From Gammaproteobacteria bacterium (lineage in GTDB: Bacteria; Pseudomonadota; Gammaproteobacteria; Eutrophobiales; Eutrophobiaceae): a DNA stretch of 64,000 nucleotides. Shown here piece by piece: positions 20,908 through 30,522 of this stretch. The stretch is taken from positions 2,400,001-2,464,000 of the forward strand of contig OZ244905.1 of the NCBI GenBank assembly GCA_965221695.1, given 5' to 3'. Within the stretch, counting starts at the first letter, position 1; every line of letters starts with the position of its first letter. The notes beneath the pieces were generated by a model, which did not search any database, was not told the origin of the DNA, and saw only the letters and a list, made by a program, of their open reading frames with translations. The position numbers and the translations under genes were made by a program.

Positions 20908-22224
20908 ATGCATGCAAGAAAAAAAGTCAATCCGTATACGCCCGGCGCTGGCGCAACTCCGCCCGTCTTGGCCGGGCGAGTAGCGGAACAGCGCGCATTA
21001 AATAAAGGGCTAAACAGAATCTGTCACCCTGACGGACCGTATGCGCCCAAACATATACTGATCAGTGGCCCCCGGGGCGTCGGAAAAACAGTTCTTCTCA
21101 ACTGGGTAGAAAAAGAATTTGCCGGTAAATTCAGTACCGGAAATATAATCAGCACACATTCCCGAAACATCAGGACAATTACGGATCTGGTCAGCGTGTT
21201 GGACAAGAATGTCATAGACAATTCCATACTTTACGGATGGCACGCGGGAGGGGGTATCGTTACAGGGTCGGGAGAATATGGCAAAACTCCAGTTCCCCAT
21301 GTTGTCACCCCGCCATGGGAGCATCTGCTGGAACAATCATTGTTGTCGAAACATGCCGTGCCGGAAGGCGGGCCTGCCACTGATATGCCTCCGCTCCTGG
21401 TGACCATTGATGAGGCGCAAAACCTGACAGGAGAATCAGCGGGCGCAATTGCAAATCTGGCCCAAAGCGCCAATCGTTACAAGGCGCAGATATGTTTCAT
21501 ATTGGCGGGCACGCCGGAATTAATGAGCCACCTGACGTCTGTCGGGCCCAAAGACCCTTCAACCGGGAAGACAATGACGGCTACATTTATTGAGCGCGCC
21601 GATAAGGTTTACCCTGGCCTGCTTGATAAAGACGCTTCCTTTGAGGCGCTGTTTACGCCGTTTCAGGAAGAGAAATGGCAAATCGATGATGCCGTGATGA
21701 ACGATATCCTTGCCGATGCACAGGGCTACCCCTGGTTTATTCAGCTATGGGGAGAAGGGCTTTGGGATAATGGCCTTAATGACAAAAAAATCAACCGAGC
21801 GGTCATGGAAATGACGAAGGACAAAGTAATTCGTGAACGGATATCTCTCTATCAGGCCAGATTGAATGAATTAAACGATCCCCTGAGTGAAGATATTGGG
21901 GGCAGGCAGGTGCTGCGTGCAGCCAGGGTGGTCGCCGAACGCTTTTTGTCTCAGGACAATGCCCCCATGTTGGAAACAGAATTAACGCAAACATTGGATA
22001 CGCTGGAAGAAGCAGGGATTTCATCCAATGCGCACAAATCCCTGAAAATGCGATTTCTCCACACAGGGTTCCTGGTAGAAGGCCCCGCATACGGAGATCT
22101 TCCCGCTTCTGAACAGATGTACTGGCGGTCCGGGATACCTTCTCTTGCGAATTTTGTTATCCGATCAACCTCACACTTGACGACAGCGCCTGAGCCTGAT
22201 GATGCGGCACTGCCAAAGCCATGA
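20908..22224 (+). CDS. Stand-alone P-loop AAA ATPase (AAA_16/archaeal-ATPase-like)
   Basis: NPYTPGAG.PPVLAGR, Walker A GPRGVGKT, Walker B LLVTIDEAQ, GYPWFIQLWG. Confidence 0.85.
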   Translation: MHARKKVNPYTPGAGATPPVLAGRVAEQRALNKGLNRICHPDGPYAPKHILISGPRGVGKTVLLNWVEKEFAGKFSTGNIISTHSRNIRTITDLVSVLDKNVIDNSILYGWHAGGGIVTGSGEYGKTPVPHVVTPPWEHLLEQSLLSKHAVPEGGPATDMPPLLVTIDEAQNLTGESAGAIANLAQSANRYKAQICFILAGTPELMSHLTSVGPKDPSTGKTMTATFIERADKVYPGLLDKDASFEALFTPFQEEKWQIDDAVMNDILADAQGYPWFIQLWGEGLWDNGLNDKKINRAVMEMTKDKVIRERISLYQARLNELNDPLSEDIGGRQVLRAARVVAERFLSQDNAPMLETELTQTLDTLEEAGISSNAHKSLKMRFLHTGFLVEGPAYGDLPASEQMYWRSGIPSLANFVIRSTSHLTTAPEPDDAALPKP

Positions 22225-22482
22225 CGGAGGCGTCAGGCAGCTTGCCGACATTGCGACCCTGCCAGCTATATGAGATTAATGGGTTATATCCAGAGCCGAC
22301 GATATAGCGAAAGGCGGGTAAAGTCAGACCAGTTTTGATATTGATAAATCCACATATTAATCACCACATGATTTAAGGCAATTATGGGACTTATTCACCG
22401 CATAATTTACGGTGATTGGAGTGATTAATTGCCGCAAGGCTCTGCCGCGCTCCAATGCAATCAGGGTGAGAATCGACTGACC

Positions 22483-22511
22483 TTGACCTGACTAGTCTGA
22501 CCAGATATAGT
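22483..22511 (+). promoter_or_regulatory. Sigma70 promoter of the phd-vapC pair with an operator-like palindrome
   Basis: TTGACC-17 nt-TATAGT; GACTAGTC palindrome in the spacer; ATG 7 nt downstream. Confidence 0.6.
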
Positions 22512-22518
22512 GGTTTTC

Positions 22519-22794
22519 ATGAGTATTGTGTATTCGACTTATGAAGCCAAAGCGCGGTTCTCCGAGGTGTTGCGTCATGTGCGGGAGGGCAGGACGGTGA
22601 CAGTGTCTTACCGGGGTGAACCGGTGGCTGAAATTCGGCCTACTCAACAAGGTCCTGAGAAAATAGAGGACAGGCTGGAAGAGCTCGAACGGCGCAGGGT
22701 CATCGTGCCTTCGGGTAAGTCCAAGCGGCCACTTTCAGTGTTGGCCTCCCGTCCTGGGGCATTGAAACGTTTTCTCGACGAGCGCAACAAATGA
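22519..22794 (+). CDS. Phd/YefM-family antitoxin
   Basis: STYEAKARFSEVLRHVREG.TVTVSYRGEPVAEI. Confidence 0.9.
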   Translation: MSIVYSTYEAKARFSEVLRHVREGRTVTVSYRGEPVAEIRPTQQGPEKIEDRLEELERRRVIVPSGKSKRPLSVLASRPGALKRFLDERNK

Positions 22795-23171
22795 GTGTTG
22801 CCTATGTGGACACCTCTGCGCTGGTTGCCGTGGCCTTCGATGAAAGCAGTGGCGCGGCAATGGTTAATCAGCTTGGCGATATCCCATATCTGCTGTCATC
22901 GAACCTGCTTGAAGCGGAACTCCGGTCTGCCTGCTTGCGCGAAGGTATCAACTTCTCCCCGGCTATCTTCTCCAACCTTAAGTGGGTATTACCCGACCGG
23001 CCACTGGTTCCTGAGATAACAGCAGTCCTTGAAGCCGGGTACTTGCGCGGCGCTGATTTGTGGCATGTGGCTTCGGCGTTGTATGTTGCAAGGGAACCGG
23101 AACAGATGTGGTTCCTGACGCTGGATGCGCGGCAGCGTTCTGTCGCCGAGGCAGTCGGGTTCAAAGTCTGA
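22791..23171 (+). CDS. PIN-domain (VapC-like) toxin
   Basis: YVDTSAL, E.E, LRGADLWHVASA, LTLD.RQ; 4-nt overlap with the antitoxin. Confidence 0.88.
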   Translation: MSVAYVDTSALVAVAFDESSGAAMVNQLGDIPYLLSSNLLEAELRSACLREGINFSPAIFSNLKWVLPDRPLVPEITAVLEAGYLRGADLWHVASALYVAREPEQMWFLTLDARQRSVAEAVGFKV

Positions 23172-23229
23172 TCATTCCAGCCGCGTCTCATGTCAGAGAG
23201 AGATAGGGCAACACTGTTATTCCGGTGGA

Positions 23230-24552
23230 TTATGTGCGACCCCCCCACAACGCCCGCCAGTGGTTGACCATGTAAAATGGTATGGACAGTACCGGCTTTT
23301 CATATTGCAGTGGCGCTGTTGATATTTTAATTCCCCATTCCTGGTGTTTTTCCTGGAGAAACAGGTGCAGGCTTTTCAGTCTGCCGGTTTTTCCCGCTTT
23401 TACCTCTATCGGGACCAGGTCGGTATCGGACTGGCAGACATAATCAATCTCGGCGCTGCTGTTTTTGGCCTCCCTGGCCCAATAATACAGCGCCGGTTTG
23501 TCGAAACAGTCCTGGCTGGCGATGAGTTCCTGTCCTACGAATTGTTCCATTAATGCCCCCCGGTAAATCTTCATAAGGTCTTTTTCCAGGATAATATCCG
23601 AAGCCAGGCCGCATAGATTTTGCATCAAGCCGACATCTAGAAACAGTACCTTGAAAAAACGTTCGTTGATGTTTGCTCCGAGGGGCAAACCCTCCGCAGA
23701 GGATCTGATCACTTTGTGATAGACGCCGGCCAGCGCCAGTAGATCCAGAGCGTTTTTTGTATTTTTTGACAGTTCGTCGGGGTCCACCTTGACGTATTTG
23801 AATTTGTGACCCACCTGTTGCACAGCGGATTGAAAGACCTTGCCGATGTGTTCCAATCGTCCGAATTTTACATACTTGTTGAAATCATCCCGGTAGGTTT
23901 GCAGTAGTGAGGTCTGAATACGGCGACAGCGCTCATAACTGCCGGACTGCCGGTATTCTGCCACGACTTCCGGCATCCCGCCGATCAGCAGGTACTCTCT
24001 TACCCTGTTGAGCATCGCATTGTGAACAGCCGGTTCCGCGAACAAAGCCCGATCATGCGCAAGCGCTTCCACTGCTGACTCCTGTCCTTGGGCAAACAGA
24101 AATTCCTCAAAACTCATGGGCTTCATATGAAGGTATTGCACGCGTCCCACCGGCATCGAAAACCCGCTTGCGTTCAAGGCTAACTCCAATAATGAACCTG
24201 CTGCAACTACATGAAGTTCCGGCGTTTGTTCATAAAAATAACGCAAGGCAGCAACAGCTTTGGGAAATGCCTGGATCTCGTCAATAAAAAATAATGTTTT
24301 GCCGGGAACTACCTTTTGTCCAGTCAGTATTTCGACCTTGTTCAGTATCTCCTGAGGCTTCATGCTGTTGAATATCTCCGCAACCTGAGGTTCCGCTTCA
24401 AGATTGATAACGGCCATATCGGAGAATTCCTGTTTTCCGAACAGGCTCACGGAATAAGACTTGCCTACCTGGCGCGCGCCACGGATTAATAACGGCTTGC
24501 GTCGGGAATCATTTCGCCACTCTCGCAGCACAGCATCAATAGAACGCTTCAT
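23230..24552 (-). CDS. AAA_14 ATPase with C-terminal DUF4143 (PD-(D/E)xK-like) domain
   Basis: RKPLLIRGARQVGKS, FFIDEIQ, GGMPE, EIDYV..PIEVKAG. Confidence 0.92.
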   Translation of the reverse strand: MKRSIDAVLREWRNDSRRKPLLIRGARQVGKSYSVSLFGKQEFSDMAVINLEAEPQVAEIFNSMKPQEILNKVEILTGQKVVPGKTLFFIDEIQAFPKAVAALRYFYEQTPELHVVAAGSLLELALNASGFSMPVGRVQYLHMKPMSFEEFLFAQGQESAVEALAHDRALFAEPAVHNAMLNRVREYLLIGGMPEVVAEYRQSGSYERCRRIQTSLLQTYRDDFNKYVKFGRLEHIGKVFQSAVQQVGHKFKYVKVDPDELSKNTKNALDLLALAGVYHKVIRSSAEGLPLGANINERFFKVLFLDVGLMQNLCGLASDIILEKDLMKIYRGALMEQFVGQELIASQDCFDKPALYYWAREAKNSSAEIDYVCQSDTDLVPIEVKAGKTGRLKSLHLFLQEKHQEWGIKISTAPLQYEKPVLSIPFYMVNHWRALWGGRT

Positions 24553-24594
24553 GGTTGGTGTCACCGACAAAGAAAACGGCAATATACTGCTGAA

Positions 24595-24652
24595 CAGTCA
24601 AAAATACAAGGTTAAAAAAGAGCTTTTCAGTCTAAAATACAAGGTATAAAAG
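24595..24652. repeat. Direct repeat (period 33) upstream of the AAA/DUF4143 gene
   Basis: CAGTCaAAAATACAAGGT (24595) and CAGTCtAAAATACAAGGT (24628). Confidence 0.75.
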
Positions 24653-24778
24653 GCCATTGTTGGATTACGCTGGCAAAACCTGGATTTATCGACTATAGCA
24701 ACGACTAACAAACTGCGCTCAGGGTTAGAAGCGATAAGTATTGACACATGATTAAAGCAGCAATATGGTGGCTACATC

Positions 24779-25072
24779 ATGATTGTACGCACTCAAATCT
24801 CCCTTGAATCCGAATTTCACAGCCAGATTCGAATGCGCGCCGCGGCATTGGGTATCTCCTTCGCTGAATACATTCGTCGCCTGATTGGGCATGAACTGAA
24901 GGAGATGCCTAGAGAGATTGATCGTTCTGTCATCTTCGATCTCGGCATATCAGAACCATCCGATATTGCAAAGCATATAGATCAAATGATCTCGAAAGCC
25001 ATCGCTGCCGGCAGACCCGGCGCTTCCTTACTTCCTTTGCGCTTATGTAACGTAAGGGGATCTCACGCGTGA
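24779..25072 (+). CDS. Ribbon-helix-helix antitoxin-like protein, no partner toxin
   Basis: RTQISL...RAAALGISFAEYIRRLI; TTGACA-17-TATGGT at 24741-24769. Confidence 0.65.
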   Translation: MIVRTQISLESEFHSQIRMRAAALGISFAEYIRRLIGHELKEMPREIDRSVIFDLGISEPSDIAKHIDQMISKAIAAGRPGASLLPLRLCNVRGSHA

Positions 25073-25175
25073 TTGCATTTGATGTTGACTTTGCTGTTTT
25101 TCGTTATGGTCGTGGCCGTAAGGTCGCATTTGAGGTATTGAGGTAAGACTCGGCATGATGAGGGGGGGGGGTTCT

Positions 25176-26978
25176 ATGCACCGTAAAATAACCGTAACAG
25201 TGGTTTTTCTGTCGCTCCTGGCGCTGCCGGCGGCGGCGCAATACGAATTGGAAAAAAAGACATGGAGAGAAGTCGAAGCAGCGCTGAACAGTGGTATAAC
25301 GACCGCAATCATTACGATTGGGGCCACCGAACAGCATGGGCCTCATCTTGCGCTGGCAGCCGACTCTGCTTCGGGCGACTGCCTGGCGCCGGAGATAGCC
25401 GAACGAGTGGGACAAGCTCTTGTCACACCCAACATCCGGTTAGGCATCTCGCCTCATCACATGCATTTCCCCGGGACGATCAGCGTACGCGGCCGGATAC
25501 TCAAATCCCTGGTCTATGAATATGTTCACAGTCTCGCGTGGCATGGGTTTCGGCATGTTGCCATTATCCCGACCCACGGTACCAATTTCGGTATGGCCGG
25601 TGAGCTGGAACAGGAACTTCGAGTCCTCTATCCGCATGTGAATATTTTTTCCTTTTCCGATGCTGATGCTTTTCTCGACGCGCTGTCCGATACTTCAAAA
25701 CGGCTGGGAGTCGATCTTGTCGCGGCGGGCGGTCACGCCGGCCTGACAGAAACGGCTTTGATGCTGGCCTGCCAACCGGAACTGGTCGACTTGGAGAACG
25801 CTGAACAGGGTTTCATGGGGGATTTCCGGGCGATGGGTGAAAAGCTGAACCGCGACGGTACCCATAGCATCTCGCCGATTGGCGTTCTGGGTGATCCCCG
25901 CGGCGCCACTGCCGAGGCGGGACAGGCATACTTCGACAGCTTGGCAACGCTGCTTGCCGGCTACATTGTAGAACGGCGGGAAGGATGGACGCCCCAACTC
26001 CCGGGCGATTTGCCTTACGGCGGCTTGCCGGAACCTGATGGCGACCTGGCCGATGCCGTCCGGGCGCGCCGAGACGGTGATTTCGACCTGGCCCGGCAAC
26101 TGCTGGATGAGAAACAGCGGGAAAAGCCCGGCGACCCCATGATTGTCATGGAACTTGCGAGGACAGACACCCTCGAAGACAGAATTGATACGGCCCGACA
26201 GCGCCTGGAGTCATTGCTTGCCGAAACGACCGGTAATGAGACACAGGAGAAAATTCATGACGAGCTGGCGCTGATTTCCACCTACCACGGCAGGTTTTCC
26301 GAGGCCGCAGAACACAAGCTGGAAGCCAAACGTCTACGGGGCTTGCGCAACGATCCGGCGGGTGAAGGGCTTAAGCTGTTCTACATCGCTTATTTCCAGG
26401 CCGAAACCGGCCGGGTTGACGCGGCGATTGAAAGCTATGGGCAGGCGCTGGAACTGGCGCGGGACCCAAGCGACATAAATCTGGATATCGAGCACCTGGT
26501 CGGTCTGGCCCTGGTCAAAAAAGGGCGGCTGCTCGATGCCGGCCAACGGTTGCGGGTGATCGGCGACTCGGTGAACGACCCTGAATTCCGCTCCCATATT
26601 CGCCGCTTCTACCACCTGAACGGCGAAATTCTGCTGCGCCGCGACCGACCGGAAGATGCGGTAATCAACTTCCAGGGCGCGTTGAAGGTATATGACCACC
26701 CCCTGTACCGTGAAAGCATGGCCCGGGCCAGGTGGCAGGCCGGCGACCTGGAGGGCGCTATCGCCGAACTGGAAAACCTGGTCGCCCTGACCGACCCCAG
26801 GTTGGACATTCCCATCCATTATGTAAAAGCCCATTATCAACTGGGCCAACTGTATGAACAGCAGGGAGACAAGGTGCGGTCCCGGGATTGGTATCGTCGC
26901 TTTTTACAGTTCTGGGACGAGAGTGATATGGACCTTGAGGAAATCCGGGCGGCGCGGGAACAACTGGTAGCTGACTGA
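25176..26978 (+). CDS. Exported creatininase-family amidohydrolase fused to a TPR domain
   Basis: Signal peptide ...ALPAAA; GATEQHGPHL..D, HHMHFPGT, HAG.TET, GVLGDPR.AT; C-terminal ~300 aa of TPR-like helices. Confidence 0.82.
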   Translation: MHRKITVTVVFLSLLALPAAAQYELEKKTWREVEAALNSGITTAIITIGATEQHGPHLALAADSASGDCLAPEIAERVGQALVTPNIRLGISPHHMHFPGTISVRGRILKSLVYEYVHSLAWHGFRHVAIIPTHGTNFGMAGELEQELRVLYPHVNIFSFSDADAFLDALSDTSKRLGVDLVAAGGHAGLTETALMLACQPELVDLENAEQGFMGDFRAMGEKLNRDGTHSISPIGVLGDPRGATAEAGQAYFDSLATLLAGYIVERREGWTPQLPGDLPYGGLPEPDGDLADAVRARRDGDFDLARQLLDEKQREKPGDPMIVMELARTDTLEDRIDTARQRLESLLAETTGNETQEKIHDELALISTYHGRFSEAAEHKLEAKRLRGLRNDPAGEGLKLFYIAYFQAETGRVDAAIESYGQALELARDPSDINLDIEHLVGLALVKKGRLLDAGQRLRVIGDSVNDPEFRSHIRRFYHLNGEILLRRDRPEDAVINFQGALKVYDHPLYRESMARARWQAGDLEGAIAELENLVALTDPRLDIPIHYVKAHYQLGQLYEQQGDKVRSRDWYRRFLQFWDESDMDLEEIRAAREQLVAD

Positions 26979-27060
26979 TTGTGGGCTCAACGCCCCACCG
27001 GTAGTCGGGCCGGCGCGGCCAGCACTAGCGCCGGCCGCTATGCTGTGATACGCAACGGCA

Positions 27061-29085
27061 TCAATACCTGTACTCAAACCCGGCGCCGAGCTTGAAATCC
27101 GAGTCATAGCCGCCGCTAATGACGGTTTGCTTGGTAATCTCATAACTGAACTGGGCTCGATACTCATCATCGGTATTCCAGTCCCAGTGAAAGCGCAGAC
27201 GGTCTGTCAACTGTATTGCACTATCCAGTTGCAGACGGAAATGACCGGAAGAATCGATGCGCAACTCTGAATCGATCAGCATCGGCAACGTATAGCGAAT
27301 CCCGGCAATGCCCCTGTTCTGCTCGTGGGCGCGCTCTTTCTCAAAGCCGGCGCCGGCATACACGGCAAAGAATCGGGTCAACTGTCTTTGCATCGTAAGA
27401 TCGACATCGTATTCGTTGTCGTAGTCAAAATCATACTCCAACTCAATACCGTAACGCCTGTTATATGCCCATAAACGCCCGGACATCATCTGCGACTGGA
27501 ATGACATATCCGCAAAGTAGTACCAGGGATTGTCATTGTCACGGTGATGACGGTAGAAAGCCGAGTTACGGTAGTCATCCTGGGCGGCGGGCAGGTAACT
27601 CACCACCCGCGCCATACCGCTTTTCATGTGGTAGAGGTTATGGCAGTGGAATAACCAGTCCTTTTCTTCATCGGCGGCAAATTCAATTGTCACTGTATCC
27701 ATGGGCGGCACGTTCACAGTATGCTTCAACGGCGCGAATTCACCCTGGCCATTCAGCACGCGAAAGAAATGGCCGTGCAGATGAATGGGATGGTGCATCA
27801 TCGTTTCGTTGATTAGATTAAAACGCACAATTTCGCCTTTGTTTATCCTGATCTTGTCGACCTCGGTCAGGGTTTTGTTGTCGAACGACCAGGTGTATCG
27901 TTCCATGCTGCCCGTTAGCGTCAGGTCGATTTCCCTGGTTTTCCGGCCCGTGTCAAATCCAGTGGGCTGCTTCGCTTTGAGGTCGGCATATTCGCTCGAA
28001 TGACGCATATGAGCATGACTACCGGAATGGGTTGTACCGCCGTGCGCGTGGTTGTGACTTCCGTGCCCCATCAGGTAGAGATTGGGTTTTGCCGCAGGCA
28101 GAACAGGAACCGGTTCGCCTGTGCCCAGGTAATAGGAGGCATGGCCTGAGCCGTCCTCGGCGGTTGCTCGCAGTTCATAACGTTTGGCAGCGCGCACTTT
28201 AATAAGGACATCATAGGTTTCCGCGGTGGCCAGCCGCAAGCGTTCTATGGTTGTCTCCACTACGGGGACGCCATCGGCTTCTATCAGGAGCATATCGCCG
28301 CCACTGAACTCGACATTGAAATAACTGGAGGCGGACGCGTTGATAATTCTAAGCCTTAGAGTTTCTCCCTGTTTCACCTCAGTGTTATGCATACTCTGCT
28401 TGCCGTTAACAAGGAACGCGTCATAACCCACATCGGACAAGTCCATGGGTCCCATGCGGATCCAGGCGCCTGCCAGCCTGTTCCGAATCGCCTGGCGGCC
28501 ATGTTTCAGGACACCTTGCCAGGATTGAACGGTATCTTTTTTCAGTGCGTAGTAATCCGCATCGCGCTTGAGGTTGCGCAGCACGGTTTCCGGGTATTCA
28601 TCGGTCCAGTCCGACAGTACCAGGACCAACTCCCTGTCGTACTTGCGGATCTCATCCGGATCGCGAAACACCAGCGCGCCATACAACCCCCGTTGTTCCT
28701 GCAGGCCGGTGTGGGCATGATACCAGTAGGTGCCGGTATGGGTGACCGGGTATTCGAATGTCAGCGAACTTCCAGCCGCAATAGGGGGTGTGGTCAGATA
28801 GGGGACGCCATCCTGGTCGTTCGGCAGGAGCACGCCGTGCCAGTGGATAGAGGTTTCCACCTCCATCCGGTTATTGAAGGTGATTCTGAGGGTGTCATCC
28901 AGGTTGGCTTGAATGGTCGGGCCGCGAATATTGCCATCGATGACCAGCGCGGTGATTGTTTTGCCGGTTACGTTGATTGCGCGGTAATCAATATCGAATT
29001 CGTAGTTTACAACCTCAGCTTCACTTATGTTCGACAAGGGCAGGATAATCAACCACAATGCAAAATTGAAAAGAAATCTAAGCAT
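27061..29085 (-). CDS. Multicopper oxidase (CopA-like) with C-terminal beta-barrel-like domain
   Basis: HWHG, WYHAH, HHPIHLHGH, HCHNLYHM; His-rich linker; aromatic-rich C-terminal ~170 aa ending in FEYRY. Confidence 0.9.
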   Translation of the reverse strand: MLRFLFNFALWLIILPLSNISEAEVVNYEFDIDYRAINVTGKTITALVIDGNIRGPTIQANLDDTLRITFNNRMEVETSIHWHGVLLPNDQDGVPYLTTPPIAAGSSLTFEYPVTHTGTYWYHAHTGLQEQRGLYGALVFRDPDEIRKYDRELVLVLSDWTDEYPETVLRNLKRDADYYALKKDTVQSWQGVLKHGRQAIRNRLAGAWIRMGPMDLSDVGYDAFLVNGKQSMHNTEVKQGETLRLRIINASASSYFNVEFSGGDMLLIEADGVPVVETTIERLRLATAETYDVLIKVRAAKRYELRATAEDGSGHASYYLGTGEPVPVLPAAKPNLYLMGHGSHNHAHGGTTHSGSHAHMRHSSEYADLKAKQPTGFDTGRKTREIDLTLTGSMERYTWSFDNKTLTEVDKIRINKGEIVRFNLINETMMHHPIHLHGHFFRVLNGQGEFAPLKHTVNVPPMDTVTIEFAADEEKDWLFHCHNLYHMKSGMARVVSYLPAAQDDYRNSAFYRHHRDNDNPWYYFADMSFQSQMMSGRLWAYNRRYGIELEYDFDYDNEYDVDLTMQRQLTRFFAVYAGAGFEKERAHEQNRGIAGIRYTLPMLIDSELRIDSSGHFRLQLDSAIQLTDRLRFHWDWNTDDEYRAQFSYEITKQTVISGGYDSDFKLGAGFEYRY

Positions 29086-29210
29086 GTATTGCCATAGTAT
29101 CATCACCGGCTGTCTAAAGGCAGAAGAAGAGACAGGCGCCGGTCAGGGTCAGGAGACAGGCTGACAAGCAAACGTGAAGGAACTACTATTTTGCGGCCAG
29201 TTTAGTCACC

Positions 29211-30521
29211 TCAATGCAGTTTCAATCTCGGTCGCGTGCGCGCTGCGAAGAAGCTGGCAATGCGGAGATAAATGGTTTTCGTCAGGCCGAGTACCGATAA
29301 CAGGTGCATCTGGTAAAGCGACAGGTAGGCCCAGCGCGCCAGGCGTCCTTCGAAAGTGATGACCCCCAGGGCTTTGCCCATCAATGTGCCGACTGCGGAT
29401 TGATCGGCAATAGAAACCAGGGAGCCCCGATCCCTGTATTTGAAATGCGCCAGCGGCTGATCGGCCAAGCGGCGCCGGACCTGTTTGACCATGAACGCGG
29501 CCTGCTGGATGGCGGCCTGGGCGCGCGGGGGAACCGGTGTGTCTTTGCCGGCCCAGAGACAACTGGCGCAGTCGCCCAGTACGAAGATATTGTCGTATCC
29601 GACTGCCTGTAGCGTATCGTCGACCCGGATGCGTCCGATCCGATCATGTTCAAACTGCCCGAGTGACCGGACCGCATCAGGCGCGGCAATCCCGGCGGCC
29701 CAGATCTTCAGGTGCGCAGCAACGGTTCGGCCATCGTCCAGTGTGATACCGTTATCGGTTACCTGAGTTACGCGGCTGTTCAATACTACATTAATCTTGA
29801 GATTCTCGAGCTCGCTCCGGACCGCACGCGACAAACGATCGGGCAAGCCCGGAACGAGCCGGTCACTTGCTTCGATGACGCTGATATGGACATCATCGGG
29901 AGGGATCAGGGTGTCAATGCCGTTATGCGTTGCCTCGCGCAGTTCTGCGGCCAGTTCCACGCCGGTGGCGCCACCGCCAACGATGGCGATATCGATGGAA
30001 TCGCTGTTATCCGCCAATGCCCCACTGCCATAGCGCAAACACAGGTTTAAAAATTCACGATGCAGAGTTTGTGCTTGCTTCCTGTTATCCAGGAACAGAC
30101 AGTTTTCAGTCACGCCCGGAATGCCGAGATCGGAGCAGACACTACCGATGGCAAGGACCAGGGTGTCATAGCTCAGGGTGCGCCTCGGTGTTAAGGGTTT
30201 CCCGGCATCATCCGCGACGGGGTCAAGTATGACTTCCTGTTTTTCGGTATCAACCCCCGCAAGATATCCGAGCCGGAATTGATAATTATTCCTTTCCGAA
30301 TGCGATAAAAAACTGACTTCGTCATCACCTATGCCGCGCGAGCCTGCGGCAAATTCATGCAATGACGGTTTCCAGACATGGGTCAGCGTGGCATCGATCA
30401 GTATTACCGAGACTTCCGGTTTGGAACGGAATTCCCGTCCCAGCTTTGTTGCCAGGTGGATGCCCGCGACACCACCGCCGACGATGACAATGTCATGGGT
30501 GGCAGGAGGTTTCGTGTTCAC
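29211..30521 (-). CDS. ndh: Type II NADH dehydrogenase
   Basis: IVIVGGGVAG, WKPSLHE, IVGGGATGVELAAE, PPRAQAA.QQ, Y.DRGSLVS; GTG start 1 nt after the trpB2 stop. Confidence 0.88.
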   Translation of the reverse strand: MNTKPPATHDIVIVGGGVAGIHLATKLGREFRSKPEVSVILIDATLTHVWKPSLHEFAAGSRGIGDDEVSFLSHSERNNYQFRLGYLAGVDTEKQEVILDPVADDAGKPLTPRRTLSYDTLVLAIGSVCSDLGIPGVTENCLFLDNRKQAQTLHREFLNLCLRYGSGALADNSDSIDIAIVGGGATGVELAAELREATHNGIDTLIPPDDVHISVIEASDRLVPGLPDRLSRAVRSELENLKINVVLNSRVTQVTDNGITLDDGRTVAAHLKIWAAGIAAPDAVRSLGQFEHDRIGRIRVDDTLQAVGYDNIFVLGDCASCLWAGKDTPVPPRAQAAIQQAAFMVKQVRRRLADQPLAHFKYRDRGSLVSIADQSAVGTLMGKALGVITFEGRLARWAYLSLYQMHLLSVLGLTKTIYLRIASFFAARTRPRLKLH

Positions 30522-30522
30522 T

